Shown here: piece by piece, positions 21,733 through 34,927 of the stretch | Layout of the letters: each line of letters opens with the position of its first letter | Position numbering within the stretch: position 1 is the first letter of the stretch | Source of the DNA: Macrostomum lignano | Taxonomy: Eukaryota | NCBI GenBank assembly: GCA_002269645.1 | Contig: NIVC01000695.1 | Span: 372,001-436,000 of the forward strand | Length of the DNA stretch: 64,000 bases | Direction of reading: 5' to 3' | Translations under genes and position numbers: made by a program | The notes under the pieces: model-generated | Database searches by the model: none | Told to the model about the DNA's origin: nothing | The model's input: the letters and a program-made list of their open reading frames with translations, nothing else

Positions 21733-24700
21733 ATGTCTCAGCTGCTGTCAACAGCGGATTCATGCTCCCGCGCTGTAGCTGGTCTGGCTGACTTGGCTGA
21801 TGAGTTCTCTGCCAGCATGCGACAGGAATATCTGGATAGTGTGGCTTCCACCCCGGCTGCGTCAGCACGATCGTGGCCTGACCAGTCAGCTTTGGTTGGT
21901 AGAATACGGTGGGTTTATACTTGTACTTTTATCCTCATGATGACCGATGCTTCGGCGTCACTTCAAGACTTTCAGTGTCTTGCTTCAGTGTCTCTTCATG
22001 ACTGCTTCAGTGTCTGTTCATGACTGCTTCAGTGTCTCTTCATGACTGCTTCAGTGTCTGTTCATGACTGCTTCAGTGTCTCTTCATGACTGCTTCAGTG
22101 TCTTTTCATGACTGCTTCAGTGTCTCTTCATGACTGCTTCAGTGTCACTTCATGACTGCTTCAGTGTCTACTCATGACTGCTTCAGTGTCTACTCATGAA
22201 TGCTTCAGTGTCTACTCATGACTGCTTCAGTGTCTACTCATGACTGCTTCAGTGTCTACTCATGACTGCTTCAGTGTCTACTCATGACTGCTTCAGTGTC
22301 TACTCATGACTGCTTCAGTGTCTACTCATGGATGCTTCAGTGTCTACTCATGACTGCTTCAGTGTCTACTCATGACTGCTTCAGTGTCTACTCATGACTA
22401 CTTCAGTGTCTACTCATGACTGCTTCAGTGTCTACTCATGACTGCTTCAGTGTCTACTCATGACTGCTTCAGTGTCTACTCACATGAATGCTTCAGTGTC
22501 TACTCATGACTGCTTCAGTGTCTACTCATGACTGCTTCAGTGTCTACTCATGACTGCTTCAGTGTCTACTCATGACTGCTTCAGTGTCTACTCATGACTG
22601 CTTCAGTGTCTCTTCATGACTGCTTCAGTGTCTCTTCATGACTGCTTCAGTGTCTCTTCATGACTGCTTCAGTGTCTACTCATGAATGCTTCAGTGTCTA
22701 CTCATGACTGCTTCAGTGTCTACTCATGGATGCTTCAGTGTCTACTCATGACTGCTTCAGTGTCTACTCATGACTGCTTCAGTGTCTACTCATGGATGCT
22801 TCAGTGTCTACTCATGACTGCTTAAGTGTCTACTCATGACTGCTTCAGTGTCTACTCATGACTGCTTCAGTGTCTACTCATGGATGCTTCAGTGTCTACT
22901 CATGACTGCTTCAGTGTCTCTTCATGACTGCTTCAGTGTCTACTCATGACTGCTTCAGTGTCTACTCATGACTGCTTCAGTGTCTACTCATGACTGCTTC
23001 AGTGTCTACTCATGACTGCTTAAGTGTCTACTCATGACTGCTTCAGTGTCTACTCATGACTGCTTCAGTGTCTACTCATGACTGCTTCAGTGTCTACTCA
23101 TGACTGCTTCAGTGTCTACTCATGACTGCTTCAGTGTCTACTCATGACTGCTTCAGTGTCTACTCATGACTGCTTCAGTGTCTACTCATGACTGCTTCAG
23201 TGTCTACTCATGACTGCTTCAGTGTCTCTTCATGACTGCTTCAGTGTCTACTCATGACTGCTTCAGTGTCTCTTAAACTGCAATGCCATATTTCAGTTAC
23301 TATCGTCAGCGTCAGACCGGAACCCGGCAAGTGGAGTATTTAGATTACCGAACTCACTTATCTGACTACTCAGACTCAGCCGCACCTGTCAATCAAATCG
23401 ATATGCGTCTGGAACTGAACAGACGGGCCAGCTTTGCCTATTATCAAACCGAACAGAATGGAGTGCTGCTGGATCAGCTGGCAGCATGCGGCTTTTATTG
23501 CTGTCAAACTGGCTTGATTAATGATACTACTGCCATGTTTAAATGTGCATTCTGTCTGGGCATTATCAATAGCGATCTTATTGATTCGAATACTAGCAAT
23601 TGGAATGCGGTTTGGCAGTTGCATCGGGCTCTGTACTCGCTGTGTCCATTTGTAATTGGAATGCAGGTTTGCTCTGGGTTTTTTTGGGGGGGGATACTTA
23701 TGTCTGCCGATATGTTTCGGGGTCAGGAAAGGGAGAAGGTGTCAAGGAAGGGAGGTCGGAGACGGGGTCAGGGAAGGGAGAGGGGGTCAGAGAAGGGAGA
23801 GGGGGTCAGGGAAGGGAGAGGGGGTCAGAGAAGGGAGAGGGGGTCAGGGAAGGGAGAGGGTGTCACGTGTCAGGGAAGGGAGAGGGTGTCAGGGAAGGGA
23901 GAGGGGGTCAGGGATGGGAGAGGGGGCCAGGAAGGAAGAGTGTCAGGAAGGGAGAGGGGGTCAGGGAAGGGAGAGGGTGTCAGGGAAGGGAGAGGGGGTC
24001 AGGGAAGGGAGAGGGGGTCAGGGAAGGGAGAGGGGGTCAGGGAAGGAAGAGGGGGTCAGGGAAGGGAGAGGGGGTCAGGGAAGGGAGAGGGGGTCAGGGA
24101 AGGGAGAGGGGGTCAGGGAAGGGAGAGGGGGTCAGGGAAGGAAGAGGGGGGTCAGGAAGGGAGAAGGTGTCAGGGAAAAGAGAGGGTGTCAGGGAAGGGA
24201 GAGGGGGTCAGGGAAAAGAGAGGGGGGCAGGGAGTGAGAGGTTCAGGAAGTGAGAGGGGGGTCAGGAAAGGGAGAGGGGGGTCAGGAAGTGAGAGGGGGG
24301 TTAGGAAGTGAGAGGGGGTCAGGAAGGTAGAGGGGGTCAGGAAGTTAGAGGGGTCAGTGAAGGGAGAAGGGGTCAGTGAAGGGAGAGGGGGTCAGTGAAG
24401 GGAGAGGGGGTCAGTGAAGGGAGAGGGGGTCAGGGAAGGGAGAGGGGGTCAGGAAAAGAGAGTGTCAGGATGAGAGAGGCTGAGTATCTTCAATGAATTT
24501 ATATCACGTCTTTCAGCCTCTCAATGTTTCTACCAAACCCGCCCACTCAATAAATCAGGTTGGCAACGTGCCAATTTCTCCATCGGACACCAGCTGCTCA
24601 ACACCAGTCCAGTGCACCGAGTCAAACCGCCCACCAGACGCTGTCCATCAGCCATTGTGGTGCACCCAGAATGGGCGAGAATTTCATCTAACACCAGATT

Positions 24701-26378
24701 ATAGTTTAGCATTGCCGCCGCCCTCTGGAAGAAGTTTACAAGCCATTGCTTTTGCTAAATCCGACGCCGCTACTCGTAGTAGTAGTTGGAGTAGTTGCGA
24801 ATCTCTATCGCTCGAATCTTGCCCTCCAGTGTCTCCTAGTAGAGCCAGACAAGCTTGCCGCGAGGAAGCTGAAGATGCAGCTTCAATTAGAAATCTGCCT
24901 CGAGTGTCGGACTTTAAGAATCGACTCAGTCAGCTGCGATGCGACGAAGATATTGACGCATTCGACTCTTGCTGGTGCTGGAATCGCAGACTGACAGCCT
25001 GGGAGCTGGCTAGTGCTGGATTTCTTCCTGTCAATAATGGAATTGATCGGGTGAAGTGCTACTGCTGCAATTTGGAATTGAGACTTGACTGGACTGAGAT
25101 GGCTCCGCCGTGTGATGCCTGGGTTCAGCACGCCAGGTGGTCACCGAGGTGCGCTCATGTGCTGGGCGAGCGTGGCGTTGAATTTGTGCTCACTGTGCGA
25201 ACTAGAATGCCTGCCTTTGTTGGGGTGAGTTGCGGAGTTCTTAGTGCAGATGAAGCGACTTTTTTAAAAAAAAGAAAAAAAAGAGACTGGGGGAGACTGG
25301 AAGAGTTAGGAGAAGAGACGTGTAGAGATGAAGGGAGAGACAGGTAGAGACACTGGAAGAGACAGGTAAAGACAAGGGAAGAGACAGGTAAAGACAAGGG
25401 AAGAGACAGGTAAAGACAAGGGAAGAGACAGAAAGGTAATGACAAGGGAAGAGACAGACAGGTAAAGACACTGGAAGAGACAGGTAAAGACAAGGGAAGA
25501 GACAGGTAAAGACAAGGGAAGAGACAGGTAAAGACAAGGGAAGAGACAGACAGGTAGAGACAAGGGAAGAGACAGGTAAAGACAAGGAAGAGACAGGTAA
25601 AGACAAGGGGAGAGACAGGGAAAGATAAGGAGAGAGACAGGTGAAGATAAGGAGAGAGACAGGTGAAGATAAGGAGAGAGAGACAGGTGAAGATAAGGAG
25701 AGAGACAGGTGAAGATAAGGAGAGAGACAGGTGAAGATAAGGAGAGAGACAGGTGAAGATAAGGAGAGAGACAGGTGAAGATGCCGATATGCCCCGCAGG
25801 TGCCGCTGCCGCAGGCGGTGGCACATCAGCCCCGAACCGGACTCTTCAACCGGAGTTCTTCCACATCTTCGATGCCATCCGCGGTGTCCCACCTTCGACT
25901 ACGTCAGTCGACCGGGACGGTGACACCTCTAGAGATTCGCAGTCGCGCCGAGCTGCCCTCTGTTATTAATCTGTCCCGGTTGCTAGGCAATCCGAGTCGC
26001 TCCGAGTCTACCGTTGCCATGGAGATGCGTCTGCGCCTGGTTGGTGACGACTATCCCGAGGCGGGCGCCGGGACCGCCAGCCTGCTGGAAGCCGCTTGGC
26101 GTCAGCGCGATCTGATGCAGCTGGAGTCTCTGGACAGGCCCGAACAGCTTCTGCAGCTCGCGATGGCCAGGCTTGCTGCTGCTGCGGCTGCTTCTCAGTT
26201 GAGTCAGCCAGCTGCCTCAGACTCGTGTCGCCTGTGCTCAAACCGACTGGCCTGCGTGGCTTACCTGCCCTGCGGCCACGTGGCCTGCTGCAGGCTCTGC
26301 TCCAGAGGGAACTCGGCTAGAAGCTGCCCGGTTTGCCGGCTGGGAGTCTGCACCAGGATGCTGGTGACCGCCTGGTAG
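21733..26378 (+). CDS. Inhibitor of apoptosis (IAP/BIRC) family protein, 2 BIR + UBA-like + RING, ~596 aa (exons 21733-21908, 23297-23666, 24559-25224, 25800-26378)
   Basis: BIR1: RRASF..LAACGFY..CAFC..H..CPFV. BIR2: LASAGF..VKCYCC..HARWSPRC. VGNVPI follows BIR1. C3HC4 RING: CRLC..PCGHVACCRLC..CPVC. GT-AG sites give consistent phases 2, 0, 0. Exon 1 is the least certain. Confidence 0.88.
21960..23275. repeat. 22-nt minisatellite (CATGACTGCTTCAGTGTCTACT), ~59 copies, IAP intron 1
   Basis: Highly homogeneous head-to-tail tandem units with no spacers. Confidence 0.97.
23720..24470 (+). repeat. G-rich minisatellite (~18-nt GGGAGAGGGGGTCAGGGAA), IAP intron 2
   Basis: Tandem units, related to the array at 3658-4465. 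Confidence 0.95.
25330..25778 (+). repeat. Purine-rich minisatellites (22-nt GGAAGAGACAGGTAAAGACAAG grading into 20-nt GAGAGACAGGTGAAGATAAG), IAP intron 3
   Basis: Tandem units visible directly. Confidence 0.9.
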
Positions 26379-26431
26379 GGTGGACTGCGGCCACATGGGT
26401 TTAATTATTTTTGGGTCACTGTGACCTCTCC

Positions 26432-26866
26432 CAGATCCCCAGTTGCTAGGCCACCAGCCTCCCAGATCCCCAGTTGCTGGGCCACCAGCCTCCCAGATCC
26501 TCAGTTGCTGGGCCACCAGCCTCCCAAATCCTCAGTTGCTGGGCCACCAGCCTCCCAGATCCTCAGTTGCTAGGCCAGCCTCCCAGATCCTCAGTTGCTG
26601 GGCCACCAGCCTCCCAGATCCTCAGTTGCTGGGCCACCAGCCTCCCAAATCCTCAGTTGCTGGGCCACCAGCCTCCCAGATCCTCAGTTGCTGGGCCACC
26701 AGCCTCCCAGATCCTCAGTTGCTAGGCCAGCCTCCCAGATCCTCAGTTGCTGGGCCACCAGCCTCCCAGATCCTCAGTTGCTAGGCCAGCCTCCCAGATC
26801 CTCAGTTGCTGGGCCACCAGCCTCCCAGATCCTCAGTTGCTAGGCCAGCCTCCCAGATCCTCAGTT
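26432..26866. repeat. 27/31-nt minisatellite (CTGGGCCACCAGCCTCCCAGATCCTCAGTTG) just downstream of the IAP stop
   Basis: About 14 tandem units in two length variants. Confidence 0.93.
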
Positions 26867-28311
26867 TCAGATTTCAGATTGTAAAGGACAAAGACTTAAA
26901 AAGTTTGCATTTTACATTTTTTAACATGCTGAAGTTTTTTTCGCCAGTGCCTTCATCTGTCTTTTGGTGCGAATTTAATTGTGTGCAGGATGTAAATTTT
27001 TATTGAAATGTCTGTACAAAAATATAATTTTATATTCTATTTTTGTTATAATTCATGTTTTATATATGATACAATATATATATATATAAATAAATTAGCA
27101 GTTTTTGCTAGTGATATTTTTTGAAAGTTTCTCAAGCTTCAATGAATTGAAGAAGTAACTTAATTGATGATAATATATTTTTGTAAACTCTTTTTATTTT
27201 TGTGCAGTGTTAATGGGGAAATGAAATCCAGCAATAAAAAAATCCTATTAGAACACAGTAGTGCATTGCCATTTACTCAACACTTTCCAATGCACAACTA
27301 AGTTAGGACGTGAAGCTGAGCTCAAAACTTAGGCAAATCACACATCGCACCTAAAAATCATTTTAAAAATGCATGGCACAGCTCGACTTATTGATGTTAT
27401 GAATCTATTTCATCAATCCCCCCGTTACATATTCTGTTACACAGTCAGTTCAGAATGTTAAAATATATAATTTTTTTAAACGAAAATCCTTAAGAATATC
27501 AATAGAGCTATAAGAAAGGCATGTCATCAAATCAAAACATTTTTGTGCTGAAAATATGAAAAGCTATATGAATTTTCCTAAATATGACAGTTTCCTCGTC
27601 CAGCTTTAATAATCCTTGAATGGAAGATAATTGATGATAGAGATTAATTAATATGTATTAACTAGCCGTACATAATAGTTCGTACTATACAGTATATGAC
27701 AAAAGGTTCAAGCAAATTCTCCTTCAATACTCTGTGAAGTCAACCGAAGTTGCATGGACTTCTAGATAGTTGCACATTGTTGATTTCATGTACAGGTAAT
27801 CAGTTCGTTCAGTACTGTTAAATTCATAATCATAGCTTGGAAAAGTCAATCAAGAGGTCTATATGATACATGTATTTGAGGGTAATGAGTGTGTAATTGT
27901 GCGTATGCATTTTTACACAGTCTGCAGCACTCAGACTTGAACGGGGTCATATAATAAAATATGTTGGGGGTAGAGAGGTCGGTACATGTACTGTAGTACT
28001 GTGGAATTTCCTCCAAATACAGTGTGGTGGTCAGTGCTTTCTGGCAGTTAAATAAAATGTTCTATTGTTTTCACAGCTATAAATGTGCATGCACAGAAAC
28101 ACATTCTGACAGTGCCCAAAATAGAAATTCAAGTACAGTTTTAAGGTTTTTATTCATGAAAAGTACAATACCAAAATGCAAGGGTGTGGCAGAAGTTATT
28201 CGTCAAGCGTATGGACGCCTCTTAATTTCATTTAGTTTTAAGGAGTGCTATTTTTAGAAGCCGTGTGGTGCCACACCTCCACACCTCTGACGGACTCAAC
28301 GTTTCCTAGAA

Positions 28312-28770
28312 CAGGGAAACCTTTTTTACCTTTAGGACCAGCTAGAGAACCCAGCGCATGACTGCGAGCCAGATAATGGAAGAGAGTAGAGAAGAGATAA
28401 GAGAGATGGGAGAAAGGAGAGAATAAGAAATAAAGGGGAAGAGTGGCGATCTGAAATAGAAAATAGAGGATAAGGGAAAAGAGACGGGAGAGGAGGGGAA
28501 AGACGAGTGAGGAGAGGAGAGAAGAGAGAAGAGACGAGAGGAGAGGAGAGAAGAGAGAGGAGATGACAGTATAGAAGAAGAGAGGAGAGTGGAGAAGGGA
28601 AATGTGAGAGAAGGGAGGGGAGAGGAAAGATGAGGGAGGAGAAAATAGAGATAAGAGAAGAGAAGAGAAGAGAGCAGAAGAGGACGGGATTGCTATTCTG
28701 AAGTTTCGAAGGACCCGGACGGAGGGCCGGATAGAGAGGCATAGCGGGCCGGAGTTTCCGCCACCCCCTG
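28312..28770. mobile_element. hAT-like MITE with purine-rich core
   Basis: Ends CAGGG..AAAC / GTTTCC..CCCCCTG. Flanks TCCTAGAA / GTCTAGAA form an 8-bp TSD-like repeat with the CTAG centre typical of some hAT targets. Confidence 0.6.
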
Positions 28771-29269
28771 GTCTAGAATGATGGAATTCGGACTGAATGC
28801 TAACTTTAGCCTGAATGGCCCGTTTCTCCAAAGATTTTGTCTTGCGTGCTCACATGATAAAAATGAGACAACAAGAAATGAAATGGGTGATTTTTATCAA
28901 ACAGTTGCACTCTATTCTCCAATGGACCAACCTTTGACTTTCTTCTCCAGGCTTCCAGCTGCCAAGCTGCATCAATTCACTCATCGGCTTCGCTACTCAC
29001 AAACTGTTAATTTGCTGTTAGATAACACAGATATTGAACGACAATTTATAAGATAGGATCCGTGGCATAAGAATCAACCTTCGCATCATTTATACTATCC
29101 TTTGCAGCTGACGACATTGTGACACCGTCATCCAGTCATTCCATTAACTATAAAACTTTCATTCGAAGGGTAAGTGCTCAAAGTTACTCAAGTTACTAGC
29201 AATCCAGCCCGTTCGGGGAGTGCAAAAAGAAAAATGAAAATATTGCTAATATATTAAAGAATAGACCAA

Positions 29270-29650
29270 TGCTTCCAGTAAGCATTGGCATCTCAGCGAT
29301 TCCCCCAGCTGTACGCCTTGACAATAACATCTTAGCAATGCTCCCAGTAAGCCTTGACATCTCAACAATCCCACCATAAGCCTTGACATCATAGAAATTC
29401 CCCATAAGCCTTGACATCCCAGCAATTCCCCATAAGCCTTGACATCTCAGCAATTCCCTAATAAGCCTTGACATCTCAACGATTCCCCCAGCTGTAAGCC
29501 TTGACATCTTAGCAATTCCCCCAGCTGTAAGCCTTGACATCTTAGCAATTCCCCCAGCTGTAAGCCTTGACATCTTAGCAATTCCCCCAGCTGTAAGCCT
29601 TGACATCTTAGCAATTCCCCCAGCTGTAAGCCTTGACATCTCAGCAATTC
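29270..29650. repeat. 33-nt minisatellite (CCAGCTGTAAGCCTTGACATCTTAGCAATTCCC), degenerate at the left end
   Basis: About 6 near-perfect units at 29440-29650 plus degenerate units upstream. Confidence 0.9.
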
Positions 29651-30599
29651 GCTTCAAAAGCGAAAAGGCCCAAAAAGATTCGCTTCACACTCTTCTCTTG
29701 CTACTCTTCAGGAGGCGATTTCGTAAAATAGAAATTGGAAATCGCATCGATCAAGTTTAGGCCCAAATGAAGTTTCCTAAGTAGTATTATGCATCAACGC
29801 CAGTATTTGCCAACCTCTATATAATTGTGAAGCAGAATGAGAACCTAATTAAATGAGATGAGAGAGAATAAGAGGCTCACAGCAGGTAATTGATCACTTT
29901 TAAAGCCTTCAGGTTCACCTGAAATTCTTATTTTCCTCATTAACCCTGATTGAAAATTACAGTGAATGATAGAGATGCCATTTTGTGATGAATCTTGTCA
30001 CATTTTCGGTTAAGTAGTGGCGTCCGATAAACTTGAGAATCTACCACTTTTACGTTCACATAAAAATCTTCATTTTTTTGTCTTCATTTTTTCATTTCGC
30101 TAGACTTGTGCGCACTTGTAGATTTTAGCACAGAATAGGGCCCAGACCGCCGTTTCACAAATGCTTCCATGAGCTTTACATACTTTTGCATATTGACTTT
30201 TTTCGGAACTGATTTAATCGTTGGGTCTGTAATTTTCTCAACAATCTAAATTTCTGACGAGTCGAAATGAATAGAATAGCCTGGGTTAATAGAGCATGAT
30301 CCTGTCGCTTTTTATTACTCTAGTAAAAGTTAGCCTCACTAGCCTCACTAGAAAGCATAAAATCTCTTGGAAAGCAGGCCTCAAACCTGCCAGTGACTAT
30401 ACTAGCGCATCATTGCCTTCAAATTTTGCTCAAAATATTCTCTTTAACAGTTGAATTATTCCACTCCACTGTTTTTCCAGATTGCCGGCAATTTGCTGAA
30501 ATTGGCTGAAAATTAGCATCGTTATAGAGTGAGTGTCCTACACAGCAATTATATCCTCTTTTCTCTTCAATAAGAATCTCTCCAACATTTTCTCCTATA

Positions 30600-31807
30600 A
30601 GGTGCACGATAATTGACTGCGGCAATTTGACTGCCGACAATATGACTGCGGCAATATGACTGCCGACAAAATGACTGCGGCAATTTGACTGCCGACAATA
30701 CTCGCATGACTGCCGGAAAATGATGCTCCTAAAGTTTAGCACTCTGTAACCCTTTTTAAGTGAAATATTGTATTTAGAATGATGCCGAACAGAATACATA
30801 ACCTTTATAATACAACAAGCTGTTGAAACCCGCGGAGTTTGAAGCCGGGGAGTTCGAATCACAGGAACTATTTTGCATGTATTCTAAAATCTGAGGTTAA
30901 ACTCTAACAAAAAATTATTAGTTAGGACAGAGTTGAACATAAAATAAAGTATACACTCGTTTAAAATTACGATTGTTGGCTGGGGTGCTGCGCAGAATGT
31001 CAGGAAAACTCTGGCCTCTACCTCTGCCTCTCCCTATGTCCCTTGCATCCTTTGAAACTTCTACCTTCTCTTCTGTTTTCTCACTTCTCTTTCGTCTCTC
31101 GTCTCTTCTCTCTCGTCAGTGATCTCTCATTTCTCTCTCCTCTCTTCTCACTCCTCTTATCTTCTATCTTTTCTCTTATCCCCTCTCGCCTCTCCTCTCT
31201 TCTAACAGTCTATTTATTCTCCTTTTCACTTTCATCTGGCCCGCAGCCATGAGCTGGATTCTTTATCTGGCCTTTGAGGTTAAAGTGTACCAATCCCTGC
31301 TTCGAAAGCCAGTTTGTGGGACGTAGTTGTTATCATTGTTGTTATCATTTCTCATGCTTTAATCACATCATCTTTCTGGCTAATTAGCAGCCCTGAGAGG
31401 AGTTGTGTACTCCAGCTCCACCGCAGTTTGCAGCAGTCTAACAACCAAGGAAATACGCATTCTTAAGGAGGCCATTTAAACTTTAAGGTAGCTTCGTGTG
31501 AAACTTAATGTTAAAATTTTCATGGAGTAACGAACTACTACTGGATTGCATTGTAATCCGTTATTCATTAATTTTTGCTCGGCGGTCATTTTGCTGGCAG
31601 TCATTTTGCTGGCAGTCATTTTGCTGGCAGTCATTTGCTGGCAGTCATTTTGCTGGCAGTCATTTTGCTGGCAGTCATTTGCTGGCAGTCAAATTGCCGC
31701 AAGCATATTGTCGGCAGTCAAATTGCCGCAGTCATATTGTCGGCAGTCAAATGCTCGGCAGTCAAATTGACCGCGGTAAAATTGTGACAATCAATTGTCG
31801 TAGACCC
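30600..31807. mobile_element. Non-autonomous foldback/MULE-like transposon with repeat-built TIRs and a nested purine-core MITE
   Basis: 9-bp TSD TCTCCTATA at 30591-30599 and 31808-31816. Termini AGGTGCACGATAATTGA vs reverse complement GGGTCTACGACAATTGA. 15-nt GGCAGTCA..TTG subrepeats are inverted between the arms. Confidence 0.8.
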
Positions 31808-32199
31808 TCTCCTATAGTCTTCTTGCAAAAGCTTGTTGACTGATCATTCTTCTCAAATTTAGGTCAACTAGTGAGATCCTGGGAAAAACCGAATTGCATT
31901 TGATTTGCATTTTTCCATTTTCTTTATTCATTTTCTTTGAAAAGCACAAGTATGCAGGATGGTCAACGAAGACTAAAATTCGCTTTTAAGTTCACGTACT
32001 TTCCCTAACTAGAACAGCTATCGGGAACTGAACTACGTAAATTTACGGATGTATTTGATTTGCTTTAGTAAATGTACGGTCGTAATTTTCTATCTTAATC
32101 AATCACCTATAATAATAAACTAATTCTGCAGTTATAGGTCGGAAAAAAATCTTCTGTATGAGGATGTTCAACATCGCTTGAGCCCTCTTCTAAGTCTGC

Positions 32200-32780
32200 A
32201 AGGATGCCCAGGCGAGCATGCGAAGGGCGAGACAAACAATATTGAGTGCGTGCTGCGCGTCTTCGAACGAACGAGTATGAGCGAACTTAAAGATGGATTT
32301 TCAGTTCGCGTAATCGGCTGTAACTTTCAATTTGATATAGTTAAAAATATGTCAACAGACTGGTACGAATTTTATTTGGCCAGGACTGCGTTGGGTGTCG
32401 CCGAATTTTAATTGCTTCCGTAAGTTTTACTGTAGATTGCTTTTAAAGCATTTGCAATATTATTTTATTTTGATATCGTTTACCTAAATACTCGTAGTAT
32501 TGAAAATCCATTGGCAGATCCAGATTCTTCCCCTTTGGAGCGAATGCAGGAAGCATTCGGTCCGGATTGTTTCTGATGAGTTTTGAATCTTTGATTGTGT
32601 TCACATGAGGGCAGATATCGTGGTAGAGGACTTCGAGTTCTTTGATCTTGTTAGAGATTCCGTTTGCATTCCACTGAAGGACTTTGAGTTCGATATCACT
32701 AGCCGGTGGGTATTAACGATGATAGTCCAGTAGGTTGATGTGGAGGCTGCTTGCGCGTGCCAGAATTGCTAGCCGCCTCA
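32200..32780 (-). mobile_element. Decayed non-LTR retrotransposon endonuclease (APE) fragment
   Basis: Minus strand reads LKVLQWNANGISNKIKELEVL..DSKL, then NSATP..SYQSVDIFL with stops and frameshifts. Confidence 0.7.
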
Positions 32781-34392
32781 TTAACGTTTGTATTTTTTTA
32801 GCAGGGTCGGATTTGCGATTTTCAACAAAAAGTTTTCGAATAGGTTTTAGGTAGAATGCTGCATTTGTCTGACACAGCGCTTCTAGGCGCTTTATTTCTA
32901 GGTTGAATTGTGCATGATTTTATATTGAATATGAGTTGAAACGATGAATTGATTTTCTAGTTTCAATACGAGCTATACAAGCGCTTTCTTATAGAACCAC
33001 CTGGATGAAAAACGCTTTATCCCTACCCTTACGAGCTATCATTTTTTGCTCTAAGGCCTAGACAAAAAACCTGGACAAGAAGCAGCCCAACCTACCCCCC
33101 CCCCCCAATTTTGCTTGAACTTTCTCTTTTGCTTCTTTGATTTAAAAAATCTAACAAGTAATTGTTTAAATAGTAATGATAGGAAGTTAGGAAAACCAAA
33201 TTAGGCTTACCATTTTTATTCCTTTGGTTTATTTCAGCAGGATTCAGCGGCGGTGCCTCCAGCAGCGTCGCCTACTCTACTCCAGCCTATCGATGTTGTC
33301 ATCCTTCTGACTAACGTGAGAGGTTGTTGGTTTTTCACGTCGTAGACGGTTTCTAAGCTGTCCTGCAGCCAGTTGGTCAATAAGTAGTTTAAGTAGTAGT
33401 TTTAGACAACTAAGTAGTTTAATAATTGTCTATCCATTAAGATGCGTTAATTCACTGTACACCTGACATTATTCCGAGTTTTGCGTAGTTTATGTTGCCA
33501 TAGAAATAAAATTAGAAGTATTGTCAATATTAGGTAAATATCAAATAGAAATATTACGTTCATGTTATTTGAATTAATTCACGCATTAGGGCAGATATTT
33601 AACCAGTTGCTTTTATCCTACTAGTCGTAGTTCAGCCATGCGAATTTTTTTACCAATCAAAGTGTATTAACACGGTGCAATCAGTTTTTATCTCGTCTTG
33701 TTAATCACTACGCTACAAAGTGAAAGTCACTACGCTACAAAGTGAAAGTCACAGAGAATCTATCGTTAGAGTCAGCCATCCATGCCAGCCATGGATTTCA
33801 GCAGGTTTTGAGCCCTCCATGGTCAGGAATTTGATCACTGCCCTGTACTCAATCTTCAGTTCTTGAGAATTGCCATATGTAACTGGAAATATTAAGGCGC
33901 TATGGAACTTAAGTAATGCCTACAGAGTTGAAAATTTTGTCAAAGTATTAACATAGATTATTGTGTTAGAGCATCAATTTTCAGCGCTTTGTGACCATGT
34001 GATCTTGGTCGGGCTCAGAACTTTTCGCTACTCGTTGAATATGTTCGTCACATTAATTTACTGTAAAATTTATACTTCATACTTCTAGAATATTTATTAA
34101 AAAATTAAGCGTCACCCTAGTCATTTTTTCAAGCAAAGAACTTTGCTTTTTTATTCATTATTTCTTTTTAAGTACTTCATACAACTTAGTCCAATTAAGT
34201 TCAACTTTACATAAATTAATTATCCAGCACCAACAATTATTGCCATTGCACACTCTCGTAGTTTGCTTCTTTGCAAATATACGCAGCTTAACAATCTTAT
34301 CAGTCTTCTCTAGGCACTACACCGTTTTTTAAAGAAATTAATTTGGTCGCGAGTTTATTTCTAGCTTAAAGTTATTCAGTTGGCTGATTTGA

Positions 34393-34927
34393 CCTGACTC
34401 CGGTCTGACTCCGGTCTGACTCCGGTCTGACTACGGTCTGACTCCGGTCTGACTCCAGTCTGACTCCGGTCTGACTCCAGTCTGACTCCAGTCTGACTCC
34501 AGTCTGACTCCAGTCTGACTCCAGTCTGACTCCAGTCTGACTCCAGTCTGACTCCAGTCTGACTCCAGTCTGACTCCAGTCTGACTCCAGTCTGACTCCA
34601 GTCTGACTCCAGTCTGACTCCAGTCTGACTCCAGTCTGACTCCAGTCTGACTCCAGTCTGACTCCAGTCTGACTCCAGTCTGACTACGGTCTGACTCCAG
34701 TCTGACTCCAGTCTGACTCCAGTCTGACTCCAGTCTGACTCCAGTCTGACTCCAGTCTGACTCCAGTCTGACTCCAGTCTGACTCCAGTCTGACTCCAGT
34801 CTGACTCCAGTCTGACTCCAGTCTGACTCCAGTCTGACTCTAGTCTGACTCCAGTCTGACTCCAGTCTGACTCCAGTCTGACTCCAGTCTGACTCTAGTC
34901 TGACTCCAGCCTGACTCCAGTCTGACT
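34393..34927. repeat. 11-nt satellite (CTGACTCCAGT / CTGACTCCGGT), ~48 copies
   Basis: Tandem units. A paralogous array lies at 61846-62302. Confidence 0.97.

Noticed and set aside
21960-23275. Possible CRISPR array
   Set aside because: The units are head-to-tail with no unique spacers, there are no cas genes, and the context is a eukaryotic intron.
23283-23296. ATG at 23283 as the IAP start
   Set aside because: It overlaps a good TTTCAG acceptor that joins in phase with the upstream exon at 21733-21908. It remains a possible alternative start.
32573-32600. CTGATGAG hammerhead core (also near 21806)
   Set aside because: There is no stem II followed by GAAA and no flanking stems.
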